Assembly (NCBI GenBank): GCA_963745835.1
Contig: CAVUZH010000024.1
Span: 64,001 to 128,000 of the forward strand
DNA length: 64,000 nucleotides
Direction of reading: 5' to 3'
DNA from: an uncultured delta proteobacterium
GTDB lineage: Bacteria > Desulfobacterota > Binatia > UBA9968
The notes under the pieces are model-generated. The model was not told where the DNA came from and made no database searches. It saw nothing but the letters and a program-made list of their open reading frames with translations. The position numbers were made by a program, and so were the translations under genes. Shown in pieces: positions 40,330 to 50,885 of the stretch (positions are counted from its first letter, which is position 1; every line of letters starts with the position of its first letter).

Positions 40330-40833
40330 CTAACTCCTTTTCTGTCGCGAAGCGCTTACTCGAGCCGCGGATATTTCTTTTCGTTCCTTGAGAAGCTCCT
40401 CGAGCTCCACCATGAACTCGTTGATATCTTTGAATGAGCGGTACACTGAAGCGAACCGAACGTAAGCCACCTCATCGGTGTCGTGAAGTTCTCGCATCGT
40501 CGCCTCGCCGATTACTGAGCTCAATATTTCTTTTTCCCCGCGTTCCTGAAGGCTTCGCTCGATCCGATCGGCAATGGCTTCGATGGTATTGATGCTAACG
40601 GGCCGCTTCTCACAGGCCCGTTTAAGCCCATTGATTATTTTGATCCTCTCGTAAGTCTCCCGACGACCATCTTTTTTAACCACCAATGGCATCATCTCTT
40701 CGACCCGTTCATAGGTGGTGAATCGGCGCGAGCACTTGGAGCACTCGCGTCGGCGCCGGATCATATTGCTATCCTTGCTCAAGCGTGAATCGATGACGCG
40801 GTTCTCGGTCTCATGACAAAAGGGGCATTTCAT
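40330..40833 (-). CDS. nrdR: Transcriptional repressor NrdR (start at ATG 40833)
   Basis: MKCPFC..VIDSR..IRRRREC..C..RFTTYE, ATP-cone, [10 protein letters not shown]. Confidence 0.97.
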   Translation of the reverse strand: MKCPFCHETENRVIDSRLSKDSNMIRRRRECSKCSRRFTTYERVEEMMPLVVKKDGRRETYERIKIINGLKRACEKRPVSINTIEAIADRIERSLQERGEKEILSSVIGEATMRELHDTDEVAYVRFASVYRSFKDINEFMVELEELLKERKEISAARVSASRQKRS

Positions 40834-40957
40834 CCGATTGTTCCTTCGAGCACAGCCAGCTAGTTGACTTATATAAACCAGGCAATAGGTTATCGCAGGA
40901 CCGCAGAGTAAATCCTGTGAGTGGCGGGATTGATGTAGGTTGACTATAACGATCAGG

Positions 40958-42211
40958 TCAATTTGACGGAAGCCGGTGCGGATAAACTGGAAATTTCCTG
41001 CACAGCGCGGCCACCTGCTTAGCAACCTCGCTTAAAATGTTTTCATCGTCCACATGGCCGAGCGCCCTGGCAATCAAATCGCCGATCAGAGCCATTTCCT
41101 CCTCCTTCATGCCACGAGTCGTAACGGCGGGCGTACCGATGCGAATTCCGCTGGTGATAAATGGGGACCGCGTATCGAATGGCACGGCGTTGCGGTTAAC
41201 CGTGATGTTCGCCCGATCGAGAGTCTCCTGCGCCGCTTTGCCTGTCAGTTCAGATTTCCGCAGATCCACCAGCATCAGATGATTGTCAGTCCCCCCTGAG
41301 GTAAGACGGTAGCCGTTCGAGGTGAGAGATTTCGCCAGAGCTTGAGCGTTCTTTACAATTTGCTGTTGATAGATCCTGAACCCTGGATCGAGCGCCTCTT
41401 TCAGCGCCACGGCCTTGGCCGCGATTACGTGCATCAAGGGACCACCTTGCATGCCGGGAAAGACTTTGCTGTCTATTGTTTTGGCATGAGCGGCGCGGCA
41501 CAAGACCATTCCTCCACGAGGACCTCGTAGAGTTTTGTGGGTCGTGGTGGTTACAAAATCCGCATAAGGGACTGGACTAGGATGCACACCCGCTGCAACC
41601 AAGCCGGCGATATGCGCCATGTCGACCATCAAAAGCGCTCCCACTTCATCGGCAATTTGACGAAATTTAGCAAAGTCTATGATTCTCGGATAGGCACTGG
41701 CGCCGGCAATAATCAGCTTCGGCCGATGTTCGCGCGCGAGTTTGGCCACTTCATCATAGTCGATGATTCCAGTTTTTTCTGAGATCCCGTAGGGAATGAC
41801 ACGATACAGAATGCCGGAAAAATTCACTGGGCTGCCCATTGATAAATGGCCACCATGCGCAAGATTCATCCCGAGATAACAATCGCCCGGCTTAAGCACG
41901 GACAGATACACGGTCATGTTAGCTTGGCTGCCGGAATGAGGCTGCACGTTTGCATGATCGGCGCCAAAGAGTTCTCGGGCCCTGGCTATGGCCAGAGATT
42001 CGACCTCATCGACAAATTCACAGCCGCCGTAATAGCGCTTGCCTGGATATCCTTCTGCGTACTTATTAGTCATCACGCAGCCCTGAGCTTCCAACACCGC
42101 TTCGCTGACGACGTTCTCAGACGCGATCAGCTCCAAATTCTGTTCGAGCCTGTTCGTTTCTTTTTGGATCGAGGCAAAAACTTCGCTGTCGGTTTGCTGC
42201 AGAAAAGACAT
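40958..42211 (-). CDS. glyA: Serine hydroxymethyltransferase
   Basis: [35 protein letters not shown]. Confidence 0.98.
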   Translation of the reverse strand: MSFLQQTDSEVFASIQKETNRLEQNLELIASENVVSEAVLEAQGCVMTNKYAEGYPGKRYYGGCEFVDEVESLAIARARELFGADHANVQPHSGSQANMTVYLSVLKPGDCYLGMNLAHGGHLSMGSPVNFSGILYRVIPYGISEKTGIIDYDEVAKLAREHRPKLIIAGASAYPRIIDFAKFRQIADEVGALLMVDMAHIAGLVAAGVHPSPVPYADFVTTTTHKTLRGPRGGMVLCRAAHAKTIDSKVFPGMQGGPLMHVIAAKAVALKEALDPGFRIYQQQIVKNAQALAKSLTSNGYRLTSGGTDNHLMLVDLRKSELTGKAAQETLDRANITVNRNAVPFDTRSPFITSGIRIGTPAVTTRGMKEEEMALIGDLIARALGHVDDENILSEVAKQVAALCRKFPVYPHRLPSN

Positions 42212-42696
42212 CAATCAAGATCCTCGCGCTTGCTACCGCTGGTGTTTCTCAATGTTCCTAAATCTCGCTCAATTTCAGTTATCTTGTCGAGACGTCGTTG
42301 ATGGCGGCCGCCGGCAAAAGGCGTGCTAATCCAGATCTCCAAAATCTCGCGGGCGAGGGAAGGTTCGGTGGTAGCTCCGGCGAGAACCAAAACATTTGCA
42401 TCATTGTGCTCGCGACTGGTGCGCGCTGTTTCACGATCCTGCACCAAAGCGGCCCGAACATTGGGATATTTGTTGGCTAAGATGGACATCCCAATCCCGG
42501 TGGTACAGATTAATATCCCTCGATCGGCCTCTCCTTCTGAGACTTGCTGCGACACCAGCCGGCCAAAATCGGGATAGTCGACCGATTCACTGCCATGTGT
42601 GCCGAGGTCCTGCACATCGATATTTTTTGAACGGAGCACGCCGGCTAAGAAATCTTTGAGTTCTACTCCGCCGTGGTCACTACCCATAGCAATCAT
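42211..42696 (-). CDS. rpiB: Ribose 5-phosphate isomerase B
   Basis: [41 protein letters not shown]. Confidence 0.95.
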   Translation of the reverse strand: MIAMGSDHGGVELKDFLAGVLRSKNIDVQDLGTHGSESVDYPDFGRLVSQQVSEGEADRGILICTTGIGMSILANKYPNVRAALVQDRETARTSREHNDANVLVLAGATTEPSLAREILEIWISTPFAGGRHQRRLDKITEIERDLGTLRNTSGSKREDLD

Positions 42697-42842
42697 GAAA
42701 TTATTGAGACGGAAATCTTTTCCCGGCGAAAGCGAGGTAACAGGAGTCGTTGTACACTCGTGCGAGCTCGAGTCCTAAATGGCCAAAGCTCCAGCTCCGG
42801 ATGCATCATCTCGCCGCCGAAATTTCTGAATAGATCCAACAG

Positions 42843-43079
42843 CTAACGATGATTATCGATATACGAGATGACGTCCTGGACAGTCTTAATTTTCTCGGCA
42901 TCCTCGTCGGAAATCTCCATCTCATATTCTTCTTCCAGGGCCATCACTAATTCGACAATATCCAACGAATCCGCCCCTAGATCTTCGATGAAAGATGCTT
43001 CAGGAACCACCTCATCCTCGCTTACCCCCAATTGTTCACACACGATCTCTTTTACCCTAGCCTGCACAGATGCCGCCAT
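42843..43079 (-). CDS. acpP: Acyl carrier protein
   Basis: [19 protein letters not shown]; GGAGG RBS before ATG 43079. Confidence 0.97.
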   Translation of the reverse strand: MAASVQARVKEIVCEQLGVSEDEVVPEASFIEDLGADSLDIVELVMALEEEYEMEISDEDAEKIKTVQDVISYIDNHR

Positions 43080-43111
43080 TTTGTTTTCCTCCTGCTTATC
43101 CGCCATTCTTG

Positions 43112-43855
43112 CTACATGTAAAGTCCGCCATTAACATTCATCACTTGACCGGTAATATAGGCTGCTCCCGGTCCCGTGAGAAACACCACCAGTTGCGCCA
43201 CTTCCTCGCTCCTGCCAAACCTGCCCAAGGGAATCGAGCGAAGAAATTCCTCCTGAAGTTGCGGCGATAAATTAGCGGTCATCTCGGTTTCGATAAAGCC
43301 CGGAGCCACGGCGTTCACAGTGATCCCGCGCGACGCGAGTTCCCGCGCGATTGATTTGGTAAACCCGAGGATTCCCGCCTTTGTTGCCGCGTAGATTGAT
43401 TGTCCGACGTTGCCGGTCTGTCCAACCACCGAAGAAAGATTAACGATCCTACCATAACGCTGGCGGATCATGGCACGGCAAACCGATTTGGTACAAAGAA
43501 CCGTACCCCTGAGATTAGTCCCTATAACCTGATCCCAATCTTGGGCCTTTGAGCGAATTAGAAGAGTATCAGAGATCACCCCGGCATTATTCACCAGAAT
43601 ATCAACTTTCCCTTGTCCGTCAACGATTTTCTTGACAGCCACATCAACATCACTTTCGACTGCGACATCGAATCGGCAAAGTTCGCCTTGGCCACCGGTG
43701 CCGTGAAGCTCTTCGAGCGCCAACTCCGCAGCCTCTTGATTGCCGCGGTAATTAATCACCACGTATGCCCCCGCTTGACCGAGAGCCACGGCGATAGCCC
43801 GACCGATGCCGCGACTTGCGCCTGTCACCAGCGCTACTTGCCCGTTCAATTTCAT
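43112..43855 (-). CDS. fabG: 3-oxoacyl-ACP reductase
   Basis: [25 protein letters not shown]. Confidence 0.95.
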   Translation of the reverse strand: MKLNGQVALVTGASRGIGRAIAVALGQAGAYVVINYRGNQEAAELALEELHGTGGQGELCRFDVAVESDVDVAVKKIVDGQGKVDILVNNAGVISDTLLIRSKAQDWDQVIGTNLRGTVLCTKSVCRAMIRQRYGRIVNLSSVVGQTGNVGQSIYAATKAGILGFTKSIARELASRGITVNAVAPGFIETEMTANLSPQLQEEFLRSIPLGRFGRSEEVAQLVVFLTGPGAAYITGQVMNVNGGLYM

Positions 43856-44808
43856 TTGATGTCATTCCTTAAGCGGGCAAGGTCTTGCGGTGCTTCGAAC
43901 GTATCAACCTCTATTTTCGGGCTGATCCGCTTCACTAATCCTTTTAGAACTCTTCCAGGACCGACTTCAAGCATTTTAGAGATGCCGAGACTCTCCAATC
44001 TCCGGACAGACTCTTCCCAACGTACCGGTCTCATCGCTTGCTCCGCTAGCAATAGCTTGATCCGGGCAGCATCAAGATTCACCTCGGCGTTTACGTTGCT
44101 GATAACTCCGACTGTGAATGGACGAATCGTCACATCGTTCAGAATACGTTTCAATCCTTCCGCCGCCGGCTTCATCAATGGACAGTGAAATGGCGCGCTG
44201 ACCGGCAGCTCGATAACACGCTTTGCGCCGTTAGACCTGGCAAGAAGCATTGCGCGGACTACGGCAGGCTTGGAACCGGCGATCACGATTTGATCGCCGC
44301 CATTATAATTGGCAGGTGCGACCACTTCCCCGTCCTCTGCCTGTTTACAGATAGAGCTGACCGCTGCCACGTCGAGACCCATGATAACCGCCATTGCGCC
44401 TGTCCCCGATGGCACAGCCGCCTGCATCAAACGACCGCGCTCTCGCACGATCCTTACGGCGTCGCTGAACGAGAGCGCGCCGACGCACACCAGCGCGCTG
44501 TATTCGCCGAGGCTATGACCCGCCACATAAGCCGGTTTAACCGCGGTTTCCGATTGCAAAACGCGGAGCGCGGCTACCGAGACAGCCAGAATGGCCGGCT
44601 GTGTGTTCTCAGTGAGTTGAAGATCGGCTTCCGGGCCGTGAAAACATAGCTGGCTGAGTGAAAATCCGAGGGTCTGTTCGGCCTCTTCAAAAGCTTGCGC
44701 GGCAACTGGATAGTGCTCGCACAAATCTTTGCCCATACCGACATACTGGGAGCCTTGGCCGGGAAAAAGAAATGCCACATTGTCTGTAATCGCCACTTCA
44801 GTTTCCAT
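43852..44808 (-). CDS. fabD: Malonyl-CoA:ACP transacylase
   Basis: FPGQGSQ, GHSLGEY, VSAPFH. Confidence 0.96.
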   Translation of the reverse strand: METEVAITDNVAFLFPGQGSQYVGMGKDLCEHYPVAAQAFEEAEQTLGFSLSQLCFHGPEADLQLTENTQPAILAVSVAALRVLQSETAVKPAYVAGHSLGEYSALVCVGALSFSDAVRIVRERGRLMQAAVPSGTGAMAVIMGLDVAAVSSICKQAEDGEVVAPANYNGGDQIVIAGSKPAVVRAMLLARSNGAKRVIELPVSAPFHCPLMKPAAEGLKRILNDVTIRPFTVGVISNVNAEVNLDAARIKLLLAEQAMRPVRWEESVRRLESLGISKMLEVGPGRVLKGLVKRISPKIEVDTFEAPQDLARLRNDIK

Positions 44809-44840
44809 CGCTCTGCAGTTGACCCGATCGCATGACTCGA

Positions 44841-45879
44841 TCAAGGCCGGATCGTAGTCAGCAAAGTCTTGTTTTCAGTTGCGGCCTGAGCCATGGATTC
44901 CAAAGCCGCGCTAATGTGACCGTTTACATTCTGTGAAACTGATTCACTGGCAACGCGAATGGCGTTTTTTATTGCCAGCGCAGTTGACCCGCCATGGGCG
45001 ACAATGGCGACTCCATCCAATCCCAGCAACCGTGCTCCGCCGTATTCGGCGTAATCAAGCTTTCGATAGGCATGCCGCAGCGATCTGTCGGGTCAGCAAA
45101 TAGCCCAAGCGGCTCAACCAGCTTTTCTCAAAGCCGCTTTTTAAAATTTCGCCGGCAAAGCTCGCTACCCCTTCCATGGTCTTCAGTGCCACGTTTCCTG
45201 TAAAGCCATCGCACACGATGACATCGACCTTACCGTTGAAAAAGTCCCGGCCTTCGACGTATCCGACATAGTTTACCGGCGCGTTGTCGAGAAGCTCGCT
45301 GGCCGCTCGGGTCAACTCGTTCCCTTTGCTGTCTTCTTCGCCGTTGCTTAGCACACCGACTCGCGGATTGCCGATACCCAACCCACGCTCTGCGTACACC
45401 GAGCCGATGATCCCAAACTGTAGTAACTGGCGCGGCTTGCAGTCGACATTGGCTCCCGCATCGATGATGATGGTTCCCTTAGATGTTCCGGGGACGATAG
45501 CTAGAATCGCGGGTCGAGTGACTTGAGGTAAAGTGCCGATGACCAGCATCCCGATGGCCATCATGGCCCCCGAGTTTCCGGCGCTGACGACGGCTTGCGC
45601 ATCGCCGCGCTTGATCATCTCGAACGCGACCTTCATCGACGAATCTCTCTTCCTCAGTGCAATGCTGGGGGATTCGTCCATAGATACCGTTTGTGTGGCG
45701 TTAATAACAGGAAAACGGGGGAGCTTGCCGCCGATGCGCAAACATTCTTGTTCAATGGCGAGTTTGTCCCCGACAAGAATCAATTCCGCATCGACGTCTT
45801 GGGCCGCAAGCAGCGCGCCTTCAACAACAACCGCCGGGGCATGATCTCCCCCCATCGCGTCGACTGCGATTTTCGGCAT
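44841..45879 (-). CDS. plsX: Phosphate acyltransferase PlsX; one extra base near 45087
   Basis: IAVDAMGGDHAP, SAGNSGA, CDGFTGNVALK; second frame continues RSLRHAYRKLDYAEYGGARLLGLDGVAIVAHGGS. Confidence 0.93.
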
Positions 45880-45893
45880 AGAGGAATGAAGTA

Positions 45894-46076
45894 CTAACTC
45901 TCGTCAACTTTAAGAACCGCCCGGCCGCGGTAGAAGCCGCAGGCACGGCAAGCGCGATGGGGCATGACGGTTTCGCCGCACTGCGAACACGTGCTCCATT
46001 GCGGCGGGGTAAGGGCATCATGCGATCGCCGCTGGTTTTTTACTCGTTTCGAAGTTCGTCTCTTTGGTACAGGCAT
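45894..46076 (-). CDS. rpmF: 50S ribosomal protein L32
   Basis: MPVPKRRTSK...CSQCG...PHRACRACGFYRGR. Confidence 0.96.
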   Translation of the reverse strand: MPVPKRRTSKRVKNQRRSHDALTPPQWSTCSQCGETVMPHRACRACGFYRGRAVLKVDES

Positions 46077-46137
46077 TTTAACCCTATCCTTCCCGTCGGC
46101 AAACGGCAGAACCAATGTTCAGAAAATTGGCAATAAA

Positions 46138-46677
46138 CTAACGATTGATTTTGAGCGTCCGAAAAATCGCAAGACGCGCGTCGGACGGCGCAGCGGGATC
46201 GCAGGCGCACTCTTCAATATTGAGATTAACTCCACAACCACCACACAATCCCCGGCAATCTTCACGACACAGCGGGCGGGTCGGCAAGGCCAGTAGAACT
46301 TGCTCTTCGATTAACGGCGCTAGCTCTATAATATCGCTTGAGTAGTAACTCAAACCTAGCTCCTCTCGCCTCAACTCCTCAACTTTGCGCCCGGGGCGCG
46401 CCGGGTCCGGAACTAACACTATGTCAAACGACTTTTCGACGTCAAACGAATAATTAGCTAAACACCGACTGCAGCAGCCTTCGAATCTGCCGCCAAAAGA
46501 TCCCTGGAAAAAAAGCTCCTGCCCCGATCTGTAATAAACCAGACTTCCATCCAGCACCGGTGGAAAGTGAAAATCCCGATACTTTTCATTTGCGAAAAAC
46601 GAATTTAAATCCTCAATCTTCTCTGAAAACATGATTTCTTTGGGAGACTGAGTTATCTGGTCGACGGGAATTTTCAT
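46138..46677 (-). CDS. yceD: YceD/DUF177 family protein
   Basis: CSRCL, LALPTRPLCREDCRGLC..CG.NLN; upstream of rpmF. Confidence 0.9.
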   Translation of the reverse strand: MKIPVDQITQSPKEIMFSEKIEDLNSFFANEKYRDFHFPPVLDGSLVYYRSGQELFFQGSFGGRFEGCCSRCLANYSFDVEKSFDIVLVPDPARPGRKVEELRREELGLSYYSSDIIELAPLIEEQVLLALPTRPLCREDCRGLCGGCGVNLNIEECACDPAAPSDARLAIFRTLKINR

Positions 46678-46707
46678 AGCGAAAGAACTGGTTGGCCGGA
46701 CGATTTG

Positions 46708-46735
46708 AATATATTGGATCCTGCTCTATTGTCAA
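46708..46735 (-). promoter_or_regulatory. Sigma-70 promoter candidate for the yceD-rpmF-plsX superoperon
   Basis: Minus strand TTGACA-16 nt-TATATT. Confidence 0.55.
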
Positions 46736-47051
46736 GTTGGCAGGTATCACAAACATACAAAAGTCTGTGATTTATCCGTAACTTCCGACGCTGGCTCTCT
46801 TCATCAGTAGTTAAATCCACAGTGCTAAAGGCAGCGCTGCTATTTGCCGTTCGCGGTATTGTTCGGCGCCAAACGATATTGATGCCGCGGTCCCCCTTCG
46901 ACCATTCGATTGTTCGAACCCGCGGCCGAGGTTCACGATTTTATATGCTTCTCTTGACCCTTCCTAAGACAGGGGCCAAATCGCGCTGATTGAAAGATTT
47001 GAACCGATCAACGTACGCCCAACGAGCAAATTAACAACGCGCCAGTGACCG

Positions 47052-47079
47052 TTGACAAGCCCGCAATCATCAATAGAAT
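47052..47079 (+). promoter_or_regulatory. Sigma-70 promoter candidate for the HtrA-like gene
   Basis: TTGACA-16 nt-TAGAAT. Confidence 0.6.
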
Positions 47080-47180
47080 TCAGGCGGAGACCTTTAAACC
47101 GGCGTAAAGCCGCGCAGAATAGTACTGCGCGACATGCTCGCGCTAACAGCAGCGAGTAAAATCGCATAAGGAGCAGGACT

Positions 47181-48071
47181 TTGAACGGCCATCTCGGCTT
47201 GATCCATGCCATCATTCCGGCAACAGTAGACATCCGCGTATCGATCCCAGAAGATCATCCGTCCACCAGGAACCTAGGCTCGGAGCGCACCGGATCCGGA
47301 ACCATAGTCGATCCGGAAGGGTACGTTTTAACGGTTAATTACGTGGTGACCGGAGCTTCGTCCATTACCGTCACCGTAGCCGAAGGAGAAGAGTATCCGG
47401 GTGAGATCGTCACACAGGATCTCGATAGCGGACTCGCGCTTTTAAAAATCCCTGCTCGCGGGCTGCCTTTCCTCAAGCCGGCAAGCGAACCGGCCGCACT
47501 TGGCCAGGCTAGCCTCATCGTTGCCAGCAGCGGAAACAACGAACGAAAAGTGAGCGGAGGCTATGTAACTTCACTGGAACCGTACGACGGCCATTGGGAA
47601 TATATGCTCGACCAAACGGTGAGAGTGACAGCCGTCAATCCGGGCTTCGGCGGCGGCACATTGGCGAATTTCAAAGCAGAGATGTTGGGCGTGGTTTCCT
47701 TGAATCTTGCTGATGTTGGAAAATTCTCATTGGCCATTCCGATCCGCTATTACTTCGATCAGGAGCAGGCGTTCAGACAACGTTCCCTTGTCAGTCAAAA
47801 GCCTTGGTTAGGTTTCTATCCCCACTTGCTCGCTGGACATGTGGTTGTCGGCGGAGTGACGGAAGGAAGCCCGGCTGACCGTCAGGGACTTAAAGAGGGC
47901 GACATCATTCTGGATGTTGAGAAAACGCAGATCCGCTCGCGGCGGCAACTCTATCAGGAGCTTTGGAAGAAGCGACCGGGAGAACGCATCTGTCTGCGTG
48001 TCTTAAGGAACGAAACCAGTATCGAGCTAAGCTTAATCGGCGCCGACCGCCGCAATCGCTATGGCAGCTAG
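47181..48071 (+). CDS. HtrA/S1C-fold protein with PDZ domain, catalytic triad absent
   Basis: GSGTIVDPEGYVLTVNYVV, DSGLALLK, VNPGFGGG, PDZ GSPADRQGLKEGDII. Confidence 0.82.
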   Translation: MNGHLGLIHAIIPATVDIRVSIPEDHPSTRNLGSERTGSGTIVDPEGYVLTVNYVVTGASSITVTVAEGEEYPGEIVTQDLDSGLALLKIPARGLPFLKPASEPAALGQASLIVASSGNNERKVSGGYVTSLEPYDGHWEYMLDQTVRVTAVNPGFGGGTLANFKAEMLGVVSLNLADVGKFSLAIPIRYYFDQEQAFRQRSLVSQKPWLGFYPHLLAGHVVVGGVTEGSPADRQGLKEGDIILDVEKTQIRSRRQLYQELWKKRPGERICLRVLRNETSIELSLIGADRRNRYGS

Positions 48072-48535
48072 TCGTCGCCACCGACCTTCTGTAATTTACC
48101 TTCTCCAGTCACCTTGATGGCGGTTGCCGGAGTATAGGCTTCGGGTTCATAGTTGATCAAGGCTTTATCGCTCTGCTGCAAATCTTTTAATTTGACTCTG
48201 CTGCCGGCTTTTTCGATATTCGTTTTCTCATCAACTCCAACCACCTCCTCGCGAACCTTTCCCTTGCGCTCCACTTGGAAGGTAATCGTTCGCTGGCCGA
48301 CGCTGCTGATGACACCCTCAACTTCGACAGCCTTGGATTTGGTTTCTTTTGTTTCGCTCTTTGTGGCTTTTGCCTCTGCCGGTGTCTTTGCTTCGGCGAC
48401 AGGTTTGGCCTGCGCCGGTGTCGGTTTTTGCGCGGGTGCGGCCGTTTGTTCCTGAACAGATGAACACGCGATTAAACCCGCAGCGAGCAGGAGCGAGCCG
48501 GTTGATAACGTCAAGAAATCAGTTGTTCGCTTCAT
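48068..48535 (-). CDS. Hypothetical lipoprotein (Ala/Lys-rich linker + small beta/OB-like domain)
   Basis: Lipobox LIAC; GGAGG RBS; VEGVISSV...VDEKTNI..LKDL. Confidence 0.7.
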   Translation of the reverse strand: MKRTTDFLTLSTGSLLLAAGLIACSSVQEQTAAPAQKPTPAQAKPVAEAKTPAEAKATKSETKETKSKAVEVEGVISSVGQRTITFQVERKGKVREEVVGVDEKTNIEKAGSRVKLKDLQQSDKALINYEPEAYTPATAIKVTGEGKLQKVGGDD

Positions 48536-48685
48536 TACATTCCTCCGAACCTTTTTACCCGAAATTCACGAATATGATCGCCGAAAATTTCTAGAACTTA
48601 AAGCATACTTCATTTCAAATTGTCAAGGCGCGTCGGGAACTATGGCGTTGAGAAAAGCTCCAAAACAACATACGAGTGAGAGCGC

Positions 48686-49129
48686 ATGACTTCGAGCAAA
48701 CCGAACAATTTAAATGTGACAACCTATCGAGTCATCTATGGTGATACAGATCAAATGGGCGTGGTCTACTACGCCAACTACCTACGCTGGTTCGAAAGAG
48801 GCCGCGGTGAGTTTCTGCGTGCAAGCGGAATCCCGTACGCAACCATCGAGCGACGGGGCATGCATTTTCCAGTTGCGGAGCTGTCATGCCGATACTTCAG
48901 ACCAGCTCGTTACGATGATCTGATTGTCATCGAGACACGGATAGCTTCGGTCAGCCGCGCATCATTGACATTCACCTACCGAATCATGCGCGAGGCTGAA
49001 GCCACGCGGCTGGCCTCCGGCTCGACCAAGCACGCCTGCGTCGATGGTCAGGGCAGGGTCATGAGAATTGAGGAGGAGCTGATGAAGGCGCTCGAAATCA
49101 TGATTTGCCCACCCGAAGACACTGCTTGA
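48686..49129 (+). CDS. YbgC/FadM family acyl-CoA thioesterase
   Basis: RVIYGDTDQMGVVYYANYLRWFERGR, PARYDD. Confidence 0.9.
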   Translation: MTSSKPNNLNVTTYRVIYGDTDQMGVVYYANYLRWFERGRGEFLRASGIPYATIERRGMHFPVAELSCRYFRPARYDDLIVIETRIASVSRASLTFTYRIMREAEATRLASGSTKHACVDGQGRVMRIEEELMKALEIMICPPEDTA

Positions 49130-49165
49130 AAATGATGCTGCTTATTCTTATTATGGATCACTATA

Positions 49166-50335
49166 TTACAAGTGATCAGGGACAGGTTCACTGGCCTCAC
49201 GAAGAGCCTCCTCAATCTCGCTTTTAACCTCCGGGTTAGCTTCTGAAAGCAATTTCTGCCGCAGTGTCGCGAGCGCCTCAGATGTACCAATCCGGCCCAG
49301 CGCCCATGCGACATGACCGCGAACTAGTGGCTCTTCGTCATTCAGTGCCTCGGTCAGCGCCGGCACGGCTTCGGGCGCGCGATTATTGCCCAGCGCCACG
49401 GCTACATTGCGCAAAAATCCACGTCGTTTTGCCCGGACAATGGGACTGCCGCGAAACCGCCGGCGAAATTCCTCTTGGTCGATCGACAGCAGCGCAACCA
49501 AATCGGGAGCATAAAGGCCTTGGCGCGGCAGGTAAGACGGTTCATCGGTGGAATTCGCTTTAACATTATAAGGACATACTTCCTGGCAGATGTCGCAGCC
49601 GAAAATGTGATTACCGATAAGGGGTCTCAGATGACGTGGAATAAAACCCTTGAGCTCGATCGTAAGATAGGAGATGCAGCGACGCGCATCCAAAAGATAG
49701 GGCCCGATGAAGGCGCCGGTTGGGCAGGCTTTTAGGCACAGGTCACATTGACCGCAGCGGTCACGAATGGCCTGATCATAAGCAAGGGGCAGACTGGTAA
49801 ACAGCTCACCAAGGAAAAACCAGGAGCCTTTGTTCGGCGAAATCAGCTGAGTATTTTTCCCGATCCATCCTATGCCGGCACTACCCGCAAAGTCCCGCTC
49901 TAGAATCGGGCCGGAATCGACGAAAGTTCTGCCTTCCACCGTCTCGCCGCCAATCTCACGAAGAAATACGAGCAGGGTTTCCAGTTTATCCCGGATAATC
50001 TCATGATAATCATCACCCCAAGCATAGCGCGAGATCCAGCCGCGCCCGCGTTCTGACGGGGTTGGCCGTTTAAACGGCGTGTAGTAATTCATCCCCACGG
50101 AAATGATTGACACCGCCCAGGGGACAAGCAGCCGTGGATCGCGCCGCAAAAGCTCGGTTCGCTCCATATACTCGAGATGACCGTGAAGTTTCTTCCGCAG
50201 CCAATCAGCGAATGACTCCTCGTGCGGCGGCACCCGCACTGGAGAGATTCCAACGAGTTCAAAGCCGAGCCTTTGCGCTTCATTCTTGATGCGCTGAGAC
50301 AGCTCGGCCAAATTCGGCTCAGCGGTGGAAATCAT
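49166..50335 (-). CDS. queG: tRNA epoxyqueuosine(34) reductase
   Basis: ISRYAWGDDYH, VDSGPILER, CGQCDLCLKACPT, CISYLTIE, GCDICQEVCP, HEAT tail. Confidence 0.95.
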   Translation of the reverse strand: MISTAEPNLAELSQRIKNEAQRLGFELVGISPVRVPPHEESFADWLRKKLHGHLEYMERTELLRRDPRLLVPWAVSIISVGMNYYTPFKRPTPSERGRGWISRYAWGDDYHEIIRDKLETLLVFLREIGGETVEGRTFVDSGPILERDFAGSAGIGWIGKNTQLISPNKGSWFFLGELFTSLPLAYDQAIRDRCGQCDLCLKACPTGAFIGPYLLDARRCISYLTIELKGFIPRHLRPLIGNHIFGCDICQEVCPYNVKANSTDEPSYLPRQGLYAPDLVALLSIDQEEFRRRFRGSPIVRAKRRGFLRNVAVALGNNRAPEAVPALTEALNDEEPLVRGHVAWALGRIGTSEALATLRQKLLSEANPEVKSEIEEALREASEPVPDHL

Positions 50336-50398
50336 AACGCCAGAAAACTCCGGAATAAGATTGACGCGGAACTACAACTGGAGAAGACGGCCAAGCGC

Positions 50399-50848
50399 TC
50401 AGTGAAGCGGGCCGCCGCCGCGCGACCCGGTGACAGTGGAGTCCAACAATGGGCGTCTGCCGGCAAAGCCCTCCTCAATTCTGTGCCAGTAGGCAATCTC
50501 AGGTTCGCCGTATTGCCAACAAAGAAAGACAATCTCTTCTCCCAATAAACAGGGAAAATCGAGCAATCCTTGTTCTACGCCTTTGCACACACAGCCATGT
50601 TGTTGAATTTCATTGACAGCGTCGTTGATCTGCTTGATCAAGGCGGCGATCTCATCGTTCCGCTGTAAACGGCGCATCAGGTTGGGCGTTTCCGGGTCGA
50701 TCTGCTCCGCGCGAATCACTATTTCGCTCTTGGCCCGCAGGCGTCGTATGATCTCCAAAATGCGTTCGATCGTCGGACGCACTATAGGCAAAAGGGCGTT
50801 CGCTTCGTTGATCGTGAACAATCTGGAATAAGGCGAAGATGAATCCAT
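50399..50848 (-). CDS. DUF2203 domain protein
   Basis: FTINEANALLP, GLLDFP...LCWQYGEPEIAYWH..EEGFAGRRP. Confidence 0.88.
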   Translation of the reverse strand: MDSSSPYSRLFTINEANALLPIVRPTIERILEIIRRLRAKSEIVIRAEQIDPETPNLMRRLQRNDEIAALIKQINDAVNEIQQHGCVCKGVEQGLLDFPCLLGEEIVFLCWQYGEPEIAYWHRIEEGFAGRRPLLDSTVTGSRGGGPLH

Positions 50849-50885
50849 ATCATCCACTTTGGTCGTCGGCACTTCAACGAGAAAG

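Noticed and set aside
40840-40957. Second copy of the carotenoid operator (TAGTTGACTT) or an NrdR box upstream of nrdR
   Set aside because: Half-site only, no palindromic partner, poor fit to the NrdR consensus
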